A stretch of 64,000 nt of DNA from the NCBI GenBank assembly GCA_964605225.1, contig CAZSAY010000003.1, positions 1,863 to 65,862 on the forward strand, in the 5' to 3' direction. Numbering within the stretch: the first letter of the stretch is position 1; the number at the start of each line of letters is the position of its first letter. Below, one piece after another: positions 24,670 to 33,153 of this stretch. The notes below the pieces were generated by a model. It worked only from the letters and a program-made list of their open reading frames with translations. It did no database searches and was not told the origin of the DNA. Source of the DNA: an uncultured Thermodesulfobacteriota bacterium (GTDB lineage: Bacteria; Desulfobacterota; GWC2-55-46; JADFVP01). Both the position numbers and the translations under genes were made by a program.

Positions 24670-25602
24670 GTGAAGTTCCTGCGTTTGTCCCTTATACCGG
24701 CCGTTCTTATCGCCGCGTCCATGGCACTGCCGCTCTCGCCGATAGCCGCGGCGGAGTTAAAAGGCCCATCCGGTCCACCTGAATACCACAAGGTTCAGCC
24801 GCCGTCATGGTACGGCTCCGTTGTAATGAAGAAGAATATAAAGAAGGGTGAGGCCGTGGCGCCGGTGGTCTTCAAACACTGGTTGCACAGGAGGTATTAT
24901 ACCTGCAATGTCTGCCACGGAACCCTAGATTTCGCCATGAAGGCAGGCAAAACGGATATCAGGCAGGCGGATATCGAGGCCGGGAAAAAATGCGGGGCCT
25001 GTCATAACGGAGAGGTCGCCTTCGGCCCTGATAAATGCCTTCGCTGTCATTCATATGGGCTGAAAGTAAAGGAAAATTCGCGTTTAGAGTACGCCCTAAA
25101 GGGCATGCCGAAAGATGATTTTGGCAACAAGGTAAACTGGGTCAAGGCCCTTCGTAAGAAAAAGATAAGACCCGCCGCCTCCCTTGAAGGCAAGGGAAAA
25201 CTCAAATCCCTTGATAAGGACATAATTATTCCATCGACCATTTACACCCCGGCCCCTCCGGCGGTGCTCTTTCCCCATAAGGCCCATACCGAGGTCATGG
25301 ACTGCAAGTCCTGCCACCCGGGGCGCTTCAAGGCTAAAAAGGGAGGCACCCCCGGGATGGACATGATGAAGATAATAAATGGCCGGTACTGCGGCGCATG
25401 CCACGGCAAGGTGGCCTTTCCTCTTGAGGATTGTTTCCGGTGTCACTCTCAGGCGCAGATAATACCTGACTGGATAACAGGAGCGGATGAGGTAAAAGAA
25501 AAGGCTGCCAAGGAAAAACAAAAAAAAGAGAGAGAAAAAAAGAAAAAAGAAGAGGAAGAGAGAAAGAAAAAAAAGAAAGGACCGCGTAAATTCCTCTTTT
25601 AG
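24670..25602 (+). CDS. Hexahaem cytochrome made of two c7-like trihaem units, with a Lys/Glu-rich C-terminal tail
   Basis: Six CXXCH motifs fall in two similar blocks (FKHWLH..CNVCH..CGACHNGEVAF..CLRCH, and FPHKAH..CKSCH..CGACHGKVAF..CFRCH). A signal peptide is present. The tail reads EVKEKAAKEKQKKEREKKKKEEEERKKKKKGPRKFLF. Confidence 0.8.
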   Translation: MKFLRLSLIPAVLIAASMALPLSPIAAAELKGPSGPPEYHKVQPPSWYGSVVMKKNIKKGEAVAPVVFKHWLHRRYYTCNVCHGTLDFAMKAGKTDIRQADIEAGKKCGACHNGEVAFGPDKCLRCHSYGLKVKENSRLEYALKGMPKDDFGNKVNWVKALRKKKIRPAASLEGKGKLKSLDKDIIIPSTIYTPAPPAVLFPHKAHTEVMDCKSCHPGRFKAKKGGTPGMDMMKIINGRYCGACHGKVAFPLEDCFRCHSQAQIIPDWITGADEVKEKAAKEKQKKEREKKKKEEEERKKKKKGPRKFLF

Positions 25603-25776
25603 CGCTATGGGTCTATGGAACCCCGGCGCATTATCCCGTTGTGGCGGATTCAGCATTTGAGGGCCATCCCACGGAGGGAGCGGTCTCGGGCCTTGATTGC
25701 CCTTTCACGCCACAGCATGGCATTACCCCTTTTTCCTTCCCTGTAACCTGGTGGCCAAATATGCTAATATAGGGTT

Positions 25777-28407
25777 ATGGAAGTTATCTCCGCCCATGTG
25801 AACGCGGACTTTGATGCCCTTGCCTCGATGGTAGCCGCTTTAAAGCTCTATCCTGAGGCAAAACTCGTCTTTCCCGGCTCCCTTGAGAAGGCCGTAAAGG
25901 GAGCCCTTCCCACACTGACCCTGCCCTGCAGATTTTACAAGATAAAAGAGATAGACCTCTCCCTCATTACCCGTATTATACTCGTTGACGTGAGAAGCTT
26001 GACGAGGATCGGGCCCCTTTGCTCCATAACGGGCAAAGAGGGTATGGATATTCATATCTATGACCATCATCCCTGCCCTGCCCCTTCGGCAGAGGACCTG
26101 CACGGGCAGGTAGAGGTGGTGAAACCATACGGGGCTACGACCACGGTGCTCGTAGAGATATTAAAGGAGAGGGCCCTTGATATAACCCCTGCCGAGGCCA
26201 CCCTCATGATGACCGGTATCTACGAGGACACAGGTTCACTTACATATCCCTCCACCACGGCCAATGACCTCATGGCCGCCGCTTTTCTTCTCTCAAAGGG
26301 CGCGGACCTCTCGGTTGTCTCTGATCTGCTCGTTAGAGAGCTGACGCCGGAAGAGGTATCTTTTCTGAATGAATTATTAAAGAGCGAGACCACCGTGAGC
26401 TTCGGAGGCTTTGATATAGTGATAGCCCAGGGCGTCTTTACGCGTCACAGCGGTGATATTGCCATACTGGCCCATAAGATAAGGGACATAGAGGGCATGG
26501 ATACGCTCTTCATGCTTGTCGATTCCGGCGATAGAATTCACGTTGTGGCAAGGAGCAGGGGGAGTGGCGTGGACGTTGGTCTCATATTAAAGGGCGTTGG
26601 CGGCGGCGGACATGTGCACGCGGCCTCGGCGACGCTAAAGGGCCTTACATTGATCGAGGCGAGGGAGGTGCTTTTATCGGCCATCAAAAAGGGTATCTCC
26701 TCGGCGCAGAGCGCGGGGGACATCATGAGCTTTCCCCCTATTACCGTTGGAGAGAAGAGGCCCCTGCAGAACGTTGCCGCCATACTTGGCAGATATAATA
26801 TAAACGCCATACCCGTAGTGGATGATAACGCGCTAAAGGGTGTCATTACGAGGCAGACCATTGATAAGGCCATGTATCACGGCCTCGGGCGTTCTCCTGT
26901 AAGCGATTTCATGACCATAGATACCCAATGCGTTAGCCCCGATACCCCTGTGGATGAGATAAGGGAGATGTTTATACAGCATGGCCAGAGGCTTATACCC
27001 GTGGTAAGAGCTGAGGAGGTGAAGGGCGTTATCACCAGAACGGATATACTGCGGCTTCTTCAGGAGGAAGTACGGGGTGAGGGGCCGAGGCTCAAGGTTA
27101 TCTCAAAGCTCATGGGCGAGGTGCTTCCGGCCTGGCTTATGGAGATACTGACCTCCCTTGGCAGGGTTGCCGAGACCCTTAACTGCAGGGCCTATGTGGT
27201 GGGAGGTTTTGTGCGCGATCTTTTGTTGCAAGAGGACAACCTTGACGTGGATATCGTAATAGAGGGCGGCGACGGCATAGCCTTTGCCAGAAGCTACGCT
27301 AAAGAGATGGGACTGCGTGTGCGCGCCCACAAGAGATTCAGGACAGCGGTCCTTATATTCCCCGACGGGTTCAAGATAGACGTGGCCACGGCGCGCCTTG
27401 AGTATTACGAGAGCCCCGGAGCCCTGCCCACCATTGAGCAATCTTCCCTGAAGCTCGATATATACAGAAGGGATTTTATCATCAACACCCTTGCCGTTGA
27501 GCTTAACCCCGCACGTTTCGGCACCCTTATTGATTTTTTTGGAGGTCAGCGTGATATAAAGGAAAAAAAGATAAGGGCCCTCCATAACCTGAGCTTTATC
27601 GAGGACCCCACGCGCGCCTTCAGGGCGGTGAGGTTTGCCGTTAAGTTTGGTTTTTCCATAGAGCCCCATACGCGAAACCTTATCAAAAAGGCCCTGGCCC
27701 TTAATGTTTTCAAACATCTTTCGGGACCGCGAATCCTTGAGGAACTTCGGAGCATCCTTGAAGAGGATTCGGCCGTCAAGGCCATAAAGGGGCTGAAATC
27801 CCTTGGTCTTCTCTCTGTTATCCACAGGCACATTACCTGCGACACGCCGCGGGAGGCCTTTTTTGAGAGGGCCAGAGAGGCCATTGCCTGGCACAGGCTC
27901 CTCTATACGGGAGAAACTGCCGAGGCCTGGCTGGTGCTTTTTCTGGCGTTGACGGACGGGCTCAGCGAGGCCATGCTGAGGTCAGTGATAAAGAGGCTAT
28001 CCATATCCGGCAGGAAGAGGGTGGAGATACTCGGCGCGAGGCACGCTTGCCAGAGGGCCTTAAAACGCCTTGGCTCGGAGCGCCGCCCCGATAAGAACAG
28101 CGAGCTCTACGGTATGCTCCTCCCCCTTCCCATTGAGGGGCTACTCTATATGATGGCGAAGACTGAAGACGAGGGTATAAAGAGATCTATCTCAACCTAT
28201 ATTACATCTCTTCGAGGTATTACCCCGGAGCTTGGGGGCTCGGACCTTAAGGCCCTTGGCGTGAAGGAGGGGCCGGAGATAGGCCGTGCGCTCGGGGTCC
28301 TGCTCTGCAGGCGTCTTGATGGAGAGATAGAGAAAAAAGAGGAGGAGATAGCATATATAAAGGAGTACCTGGAGAAGGGGCGGGAAAAGGGGGTGCCCCT
28401 TCCATGA
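25777..28407 (+). CDS. Multidomain DHH/DHHA1 phosphoesterase - tandem CBS - poly(A) polymerase/CCA-adding nucleotidyltransferase family protein
   Basis: The N-terminal segments HVNADFDALAS and IYDHH are DHH motifs, and GGGGH matches DHHA1. A CBS pair is present (FPPITV...NAIPVVDD, LIPVV). The nucleotidyltransferase head motif is VVGGFVRDLLLQEDNLDVDIVIEG. Confidence 0.8.
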   Translation: MEVISAHVNADFDALASMVAALKLYPEAKLVFPGSLEKAVKGALPTLTLPCRFYKIKEIDLSLITRIILVDVRSLTRIGPLCSITGKEGMDIHIYDHHPCPAPSAEDLHGQVEVVKPYGATTTVLVEILKERALDITPAEATLMMTGIYEDTGSLTYPSTTANDLMAAAFLLSKGADLSVVSDLLVRELTPEEVSFLNELLKSETTVSFGGFDIVIAQGVFTRHSGDIAILAHKIRDIEGMDTLFMLVDSGDRIHVVARSRGSGVDVGLILKGVGGGGHVHAASATLKGLTLIEAREVLLSAIKKGISSAQSAGDIMSFPPITVGEKRPLQNVAAILGRYNINAIPVVDDNALKGVITRQTIDKAMYHGLGRSPVSDFMTIDTQCVSPDTPVDEIREMFIQHGQRLIPVVRAEEVKGVITRTDILRLLQEEVRGEGPRLKVISKLMGEVLPAWLMEILTSLGRVAETLNCRAYVVGGFVRDLLLQEDNLDVDIVIEGGDGIAFARSYAKEMGLRVRAHKRFRTAVLIFPDGFKIDVATARLEYYESPGALPTIEQSSLKLDIYRRDFIINTLAVELNPARFGTLIDFFGGQRDIKEKKIRALHNLSFIEDPTRAFRAVRFAVKFGFSIEPHTRNLIKKALALNVFKHLSGPRILEELRSILEEDSAVKAIKGLKSLGLLSVIHRHITCDTPREAFFERAREAIAWHRLLYTGETAEAWLVLFLALTDGLSEAMLRSVIKRLSISGRKRVEILGARHACQRALKRLGSERRPDKNSELYGMLLPLPIEGLLYMMAKTEDEGIKRSISTYITSLRGITPELGGSDLKALGVKEGPEIGRALGVLLCRRLDGEIEKKEEEIAYIKEYLEKGREKGVPLP

Positions 28408-28535
28408 AGGGGAAAAGAGGTGCCGGGGTCTCCATCCATGGGCCCTTCTTCATCTCCTCTGTGCTTTTGAAAAATCCCTGTCTCCGGGCCTTAAGGTAAT
28501 GGCAGGTCTCGTCCGAGGGGCCATGTTTAAAAATC

Positions 28536-28565
28536 TTGACAACACGGAGTTTATTTGAATAGAAT
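28536..28565 (+). promoter_or_regulatory. Candidate sigma70-type promoter upstream of tRNA(CAU)
   Basis: TTGACA (28536-28541), 18-nt spacer, TAGAAT (28560-28565). It lies about 100 nt upstream of the tRNA. Confidence 0.35.
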
Positions 28566-28663
28566 ACAAACTTAAATATTGACGTTATTTTTTGATCGCC
28601 ATCTTCAGTAGAGGGTTGAAAACCTGCTACTCTTTTGGCCTTTCCCCCTTTTGTCCTTACAGC

Positions 28664-28739
28664 GGGCCCATAGCTCAGTTGGAAGAGCCACCGGCTCATA
28701 ACCGGTCGGTCCCAGGTTCGAGTCCTGGTGGGCCCACCA
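28664..28739 (+). tRNA. tRNA with CAU anticodon (elongator Met or Ile2/lysidine type; not initiator), CCA encoded
   Basis: Sequence GGGCCCATAGCTCAGTTGGAAGAGCCACCGGCTCATAACCGGTCGGTCCCAGGTTCGAGTCCTGGTGGGCCCACCA. Position 1-72 is paired and the anticodon stem lacks the 3 G-C pairs, which argues against tRNA-fMet. Confidence 0.9.
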
Positions 28740-28792
28740 ATTTTTATCTCAGGAGAGAGTTCTTGTCACGACCGATAGAGATACTTGAAGGC

Positions 28793-29485
28793 ATGCAGAA
28801 GATTGACCTTGTCATAAAGGGCATGGAGGATGAGGAAAGGGATTATAAAAAGCGGATATCAGTCTTTGAGGCTGAGCTGGAGTCTATTAAGGGAAGTATG
28901 GAAGTTATAGAGAAAGAGGCCGGTGGACTTAAAGAGACTGTTGGAGAGATAGACCTGCGGATAAGCCAGGCCAATGAGAGGATACGCAAAAACGAGGAGA
29001 AGATACGTTCTGTAAGCGGCAATAGAGAGCTTAAGGCGCTTAACAAAGAGACGAGTACCGCCGGAAAGATAGTACGGCAGGCAGAGAAGGACGCATCGGA
29101 ATTGAGGGCCAGGTTAACGGAGCAGGGACTCTTAAAAGAGGCCAAAGAACTTGAGGTAGAGAGGATAGAGACTGAGATAAAGGTCTTGAATGACGAGCTC
29201 ACAGAGAAACGCGCCACCTGGGGAGACCTTCTTGATGGCAAGAAGGCGGAGCGCGAGGCCCTGATGGCCGGGCTCTCCGATTCACTCTACAGTGTATATG
29301 AGAGTATCAGGTTAAAAAGAGGCGGTAGGGCCGTTGTCCCATTAAGGTCCGAGGCCTGTCAGGGTTGTTACATGCATGTGCCGCCGCAACTCTATGTTCG
29401 GCTCAAGAGGGGCGATGAAGAGATAATAAGGTGCCCCCATTGTGATAGGATACTTTACGTAGAGGGCGCGGGCGAGGCTTTGTGA
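28793..29485 (+). CDS. Coiled-coil protein with a C-terminal C4 zinc ribbon (COG1579-like)
   Basis: A long heptad-like E/K/L-rich region ends with CQGC-x21-CPHC. The track ORF start 28592 reads through the tRNA gene, so I chose the first ATG after the tRNA. Confidence 0.7.
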   Translation: MQKIDLVIKGMEDEERDYKKRISVFEAELESIKGSMEVIEKEAGGLKETVGEIDLRISQANERIRKNEEKIRSVSGNRELKALNKETSTAGKIVRQAEKDASELRARLTEQGLLKEAKELEVERIETEIKVLNDELTEKRATWGDLLDGKKAEREALMAGLSDSLYSVYESIRLKRGGRAVVPLRSEACQGCYMHVPPQLYVRLKRGDEEIIRCPHCDRILYVEGAGEAL

Positions 29486-30138
29486 ATATGTCTCGAAAGC
29501 CTGTCCATTCTACTTCCCCTTCACTCTCGCCCGGCGAGAGGCTTCTTCTCTCCCTTGCCGAGGATCTTGATCTCGATAAATCCATTAAACAACTCAAAAT
29601 CTCCAGAGACGAGGCCAGGGTTCTTCTGCGTGGTTTTATCAAGGACAAAGGGCCTGTTACGCCCGTGAAAACCCCGGGGGCGGCTACAAAAAAAGCGGCT
29701 TCAGCAAGACCCCTCTCCCGGTTAAATGTAAGGGGCAGGGCCTATGAGTTGTATGTAGACGGGGGTTCTCGAGGTAACCCAGGCCCCTCGGGGGCCGGGG
29801 CCGTGATAAAGGGCCCTGACGGTAAGGTTGTAAAGAGGCTCAAAAAAAACCTCGGCAGGGGCACCAATAACAGGGCCGAGTACATGGCGCTTATAATGGG
29901 AGTTGAGGCGGCCATTGAGCTGGGCGCAAAGCGCGTTAATATCTTTGCCGATTCCGAGCTTATGGTAAGGCAGATCAGCGGCAGGTACAGGGTGAAGAGC
30001 CCCATATTGCTGCCCCTTTACAGCTCTGCCGGGAAGCTGCTTTCCTCCCTAAAGGGTTTCACCATAACCCACATACCCCGCGCCTTGAACAGCGAGGCCG
30101 ATGGTCTTGCCAACGAGGCCATGGACGGCAACTCCTAA
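29482..30138 (+). CDS. rnhA: Ribonuclease HI family protein with a ~95-aa N-terminal extension
   Basis: The RNase H core is present: YVDGGSRGNPGPSGAGAVI, NNRAEYMALIMG, IFADSELMVRQI, NSEADGLAN (DEDD residues). The start overlaps the upstream stop. Confidence 0.8.
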   Translation: MNMSRKPVHSTSPSLSPGERLLLSLAEDLDLDKSIKQLKISRDEARVLLRGFIKDKGPVTPVKTPGAATKKAASARPLSRLNVRGRAYELYVDGGSRGNPGPSGAGAVIKGPDGKVVKRLKKNLGRGTNNRAEYMALIMGVEAAIELGAKRVNIFADSELMVRQISGRYRVKSPILLPLYSSAGKLLSSLKGFTITHIPRALNSEADGLANEAMDGNS

Positions 30139-30264
30139 GGCGGTGGCCGGGGTTTCTCTCACATCTTAATCCTTCTTCTCCTTGATTTTAATATCTATTT
30201 TGTTTATTATAAACTATTGATGTAAGAGTGGGCCTCTCTCCGATGAGAGGGCGCGCTACTTACT

Positions 30265-30670
30265 GGAAGGACGCCGGAGGGCATGGGGCGGCCGCTCCCG
30301 GCTCTGGCCGGGGGAGGAAAGTCCGGACACCACAGGGCAGGGAGGTCGTTAACAACGACCGGGGGTAACCTCAGGGACAGGGCCACAGAAAACAGACCGC
30401 CCCTTCCTTGTGAAGGGGTAAGGGTGAAAAGGCGGGGTAAGAGCCCACCAGCCTGCCGGGCGACCGGCAGGGCTTGGCAACCCCCTCCCGGTGCAAGACC
30501 GAATAGGTTCCGTTTCAAGGGCGGCCCGCCCTTCGTCTCCTTCGGGAGAGCGGGCGGAACGGGTAGGTTGCTCGAGGCCTGCGGCAACGCAGGTCCCAGA
30601 TGAATGGCCGCCGTCCCCTTTAGGGGGGATTACAAGATCCGGCTTACAAAATACCCTCCGGCGTCCTTCT
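30265..30670 (+). ncRNA. rnpB: RNase P RNA, bacterial type A
   Basis: Universally conserved blocks are present: GGAGGAAAGTCCGGAC, ACAGAAAACAGACCGCC, GGTAAGGGTGAAAAGGCGGGGTAAGAGCCCACC, CAGATGAATGGCCGCC, ACAAGATCCGGCTTAC. P1 pairs ggaaggacgccggaggg (30265-) with ccctccggcgtccttc (-30669). Confidence 0.9.
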
Positions 30671-30896
30671 CGCATTTGCCGCGGCCACCGGGGCCGTTAA
30701 GGTAGTTCGTTTATCAATGGGCGAAGAGGTGCGTCCTCAAAAACACCATGTACTTCCCTGCCCCCTTTACAGCCAGGGCATGAGTTTTTTAAGACCCCAA
30801 CCCGGAGGCGCGTCAACTATTATCCCACCACAGAAGGCCTTTCCCGGACCACCTTTTAATCGTAAACTTAGGCTTCAGGGCATCTCGGATATTAAA

Positions 30897-32321
30897 ATGG
30901 GTATAAAGTTAAAGTACGCTATAATCCTCTCCATGCTTCTGTGCGCTATAACTTCTGTTATGGGCGTATTCATGGTGGTAAATCAGAAACACTCCATGGA
31001 ATCGCAGATAAGGTCCATGGCCGGCGCTGTGACAGGCGGGTTCTCGCGCAACAGCAAATTCCCCATCCTTGAGGACGACGGCCTCGCCATGAGCCAGCTC
31101 ATAGATAATATCCTTAAAAACCCCACCATATCAGACGCCTACATACTCAACGAAAATTTTATCGTCAAGGCTCAAAGGAATATGCAGACCATAGGCGAGA
31201 GGTTTTCCATGGCCCACCGCCTGGAAAAGCCCCGGGGAGATTACCCCTGGGTGATATCCGAGGACGAGAACGCTATCACCTATGCCACACCCGTATTTTT
31301 TAAGGATACGAAGGTAGGGTACACGGTTGTCTCTTTTTCAAAGGCCTTTATCAGCGAGAGGGTAAGGGCGGTGGTGACGAGTCTTGTCATAATCACCATC
31401 ATATCCATAATCCTTGTATCGTTAATTTCCATACCCCTTGCCTCGGGTTTTTTAGCTCCTATATTCATGTTGCTAAAAGGCACAGAGGAGATAGTACGCG
31501 GCAACTTTGATTACAAGATACCAGAGGGCCGCGGCGATGAGGTGGGCGAGCTTGTAAGGTCTTTTAACTCGATGGCTTCGGAGCTCAAAAAAAAGGAGAT
31601 TATGAAGGAGGTCTTAAACCTCTATGTCAGCCCCGATGTTGCCGACGAGATTTTAAAGTCGCCCGAGAGCCTTGATCTTGGCGGAAACAAACGGAGGTTA
31701 ACCGTTCTTTTCGCTGACATAAGGGGCTTTACCCGTCATGCCCGGTCCATGAGCCCGGAGCAGACCGTTGCCATACTTAATAGATACTTTAGCCTTGTGA
31801 CGGAAGTGGTCTTCAGTTTCGGCGGCACTATTGACAAGTTCGTAGGCGACGCCGTGATGTGCGTCTTCGGCTCCCCGATATATACGGCCGCTCATCTTGA
31901 GCAGGCCGTGAAGACGAGCATAGCCATCCGGGACGTCCTTGATAAGGTGAACGTCCTCAGGCAGGAACGCGGCGAGCCCCCTTTTCTCATGGGCCTTGGA
32001 CTCGATTCAGGCCCGGTAATTGTTGGCAACATGGGCTCAAGGCAGAGGATGGAGTACACGGTGATAGGCGATGCCGTAAATATGGCCTCGCGCCTCTCGG
32101 ACATCGCCGGAGGCGGAGAGATACTCATCAAAGAGGGGCTCTATCCATCGATTGAGGGGTTCTCACGTAGCGTGCCTGTTGAGTCGGCGATTATAAAAGG
32201 TATTGACAGGCCACTCGGCCTTTATAGTATAGTTGAGCTTAAGGAACGCTGGAGGGTTGAGGTTGACGAAGTTGTGGAAAAGACTATCAGGACCTTGTCT
32301 GAGGAGGGCTTTTTGCCTTAG
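30897..32321 (+). CDS. Membrane-bound class III adenylate/guanylate cyclase with a periplasmic sensor region and HAMP domain
   Basis: The layout is TM1, a ~170-aa extracytoplasmic region, TM2 and a HAMP domain (PIFMLLKGTEEIVRGNFDYKIPEGRGDEVGELVRSFNSMASEL). The cyclase core is present (TVLFADIRGFT, KFVGDAVMCVFG, YTVIGDAVNMASRL). I prefer the ATG at 30897 over the track start 30717. Confidence 0.8.
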   Translation: MGIKLKYAIILSMLLCAITSVMGVFMVVNQKHSMESQIRSMAGAVTGGFSRNSKFPILEDDGLAMSQLIDNILKNPTISDAYILNENFIVKAQRNMQTIGERFSMAHRLEKPRGDYPWVISEDENAITYATPVFFKDTKVGYTVVSFSKAFISERVRAVVTSLVIITIISIILVSLISIPLASGFLAPIFMLLKGTEEIVRGNFDYKIPEGRGDEVGELVRSFNSMASELKKKEIMKEVLNLYVSPDVADEILKSPESLDLGGNKRRLTVLFADIRGFTRHARSMSPEQTVAILNRYFSLVTEVVFSFGGTIDKFVGDAVMCVFGSPIYTAAHLEQAVKTSIAIRDVLDKVNVLRQERGEPPFLMGLGLDSGPVIVGNMGSRQRMEYTVIGDAVNMASRLSDIAGGGEILIKEGLYPSIEGFSRSVPVESAIIKGIDRPLGLYSIVELKERWRVEVDEVVEKTIRTLSEEGFLP

Positions 32322-33153
32322 TCTGATAATTACGTCCTTTGGGTTTTTACTTTCCGGGTGCGTAAGTGTTGGTCCGGATTACCTTATGGCCACTAATTAC
32401 AGACAGGCCGAGATGCTTTTTGAAGAGGGCTTAATACCTCAGGCACGGGAAAAGGCCATGGCTGTTGCCATGGAGGACCCTGATTACGCCCGGGCCGGGG
32501 CGCTTCTCAAGGACATTAACGCCCTTGCCAAAAAACTCTCAAGGGAACATATGGAGATGGCCGAGGCCTATGAGAAGGCCGGTATATTGAAGAAGGCCAT
32601 GGCCGAGTATCGCATCGCTTTAGTTTACAACCCATCCAATAACTGGGGCAGAAAAAAGCTTGCCCTCCTTGGCAAGATTCCTACAGGTGATAAGCCGGGC
32701 GAGACTATGCCGGGCCTTGAGGAGATGAGAAAGGAGATACGCAGGGCAAAAAAAGACGATATTGGGCCCGAGGCACAGGCCTCTGGTCATTACGTAAAGG
32801 GTAAGTTCTACTTCATCTCTCGAAAATACAATAAGGCCATAAAGCACTTTCGCGCGGCCCTCAAGGCCATGCCCGATTACAAGGACGCCGATGAGTTTTT
32901 AAAGCTGGCCGTCCTTGAGCGTAAAAATTTTATTGATTTTCATATAAAGCGCGGGGTGACCCTCTTTCAGAAAGAAGAGCTGGAGAAGGCCGTGAAAGAG
33001 TGGAACCAGGTGCTTGCCGTGGATCCGAAGAATACCGAGGCCGCAGACTATAAGAAGAGGGCCGAGGCTATAGAAAAAAAGGTCAAGAAGATTAAAGACA
33101 CTCAGAACGGAAAGAAGGGATCAGTAAAGGATAAGAAAAGAAAAGGGCAATGA
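32233..33153 (+). CDS. TPR-repeat lipoprotein
   Basis: A lipobox (FLLSGC) is present. TPR-like helices are seen (AEAYEKAGILKKAMAEYRIALVYNPSN; YNKAIKHFRAALKAMPDY; EKAVKEWNQVLAVDPKN). The start is uncertain, with several in-frame TTG codons at 32233-32272 overlapping the cyclase 3' end. Confidence 0.65.
   Translation: MSLRNAGGLRLTKLWKRLSGPCLRRAFCLSLIITSFGFLLSGCVSVGPDYLMATNYRQAEMLFEEGLIPQAREKAMAVAMEDPDYARAGALLKDINALAKKLSREHMEMAEAYEKAGILKKAMAEYRIALVYNPSNNWGRKKLALLGKIPTGDKPGETMPGLEEMRKEIRRAKKDDIGPEAQASGHYVKGKFYFISRKYNKAIKHFRAALKAMPDYKDADEFLKLAVLERKNFIDFHIKRGVTLFQKEELEKAVKEWNQVLAVDPKNTEAADYKKRAEAIEKKVKKIKDTQNGKKGSVKDKKRKGQ

Noticed and set aside
15778-25776. Genomic island integrated at tRNA-Cys carrying the cytochrome locus
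   Set aside because: There is no integrase, transposase or phage gene. I found no direct repeat of the tRNA 3' end at the far boundary (only an 8-nt gcggattc match near 25650). Codon and GC appearance are not obviously different from the flanks.
28592-28792. N-terminal 67 codons of track ORF 28592..29485
   Set aside because: This stretch reads straight through the tRNA(CAU) gene (28664-28739). The real CDS most likely starts at the first ATG after the tRNA.
30207-30700. Four overlapping 69-126 aa ORFs on both strands
   Set aside because: They fall entirely within the RNase P RNA gene. They are Gly/Arg/Pro-rich artefacts of a GC-rich structured RNA.
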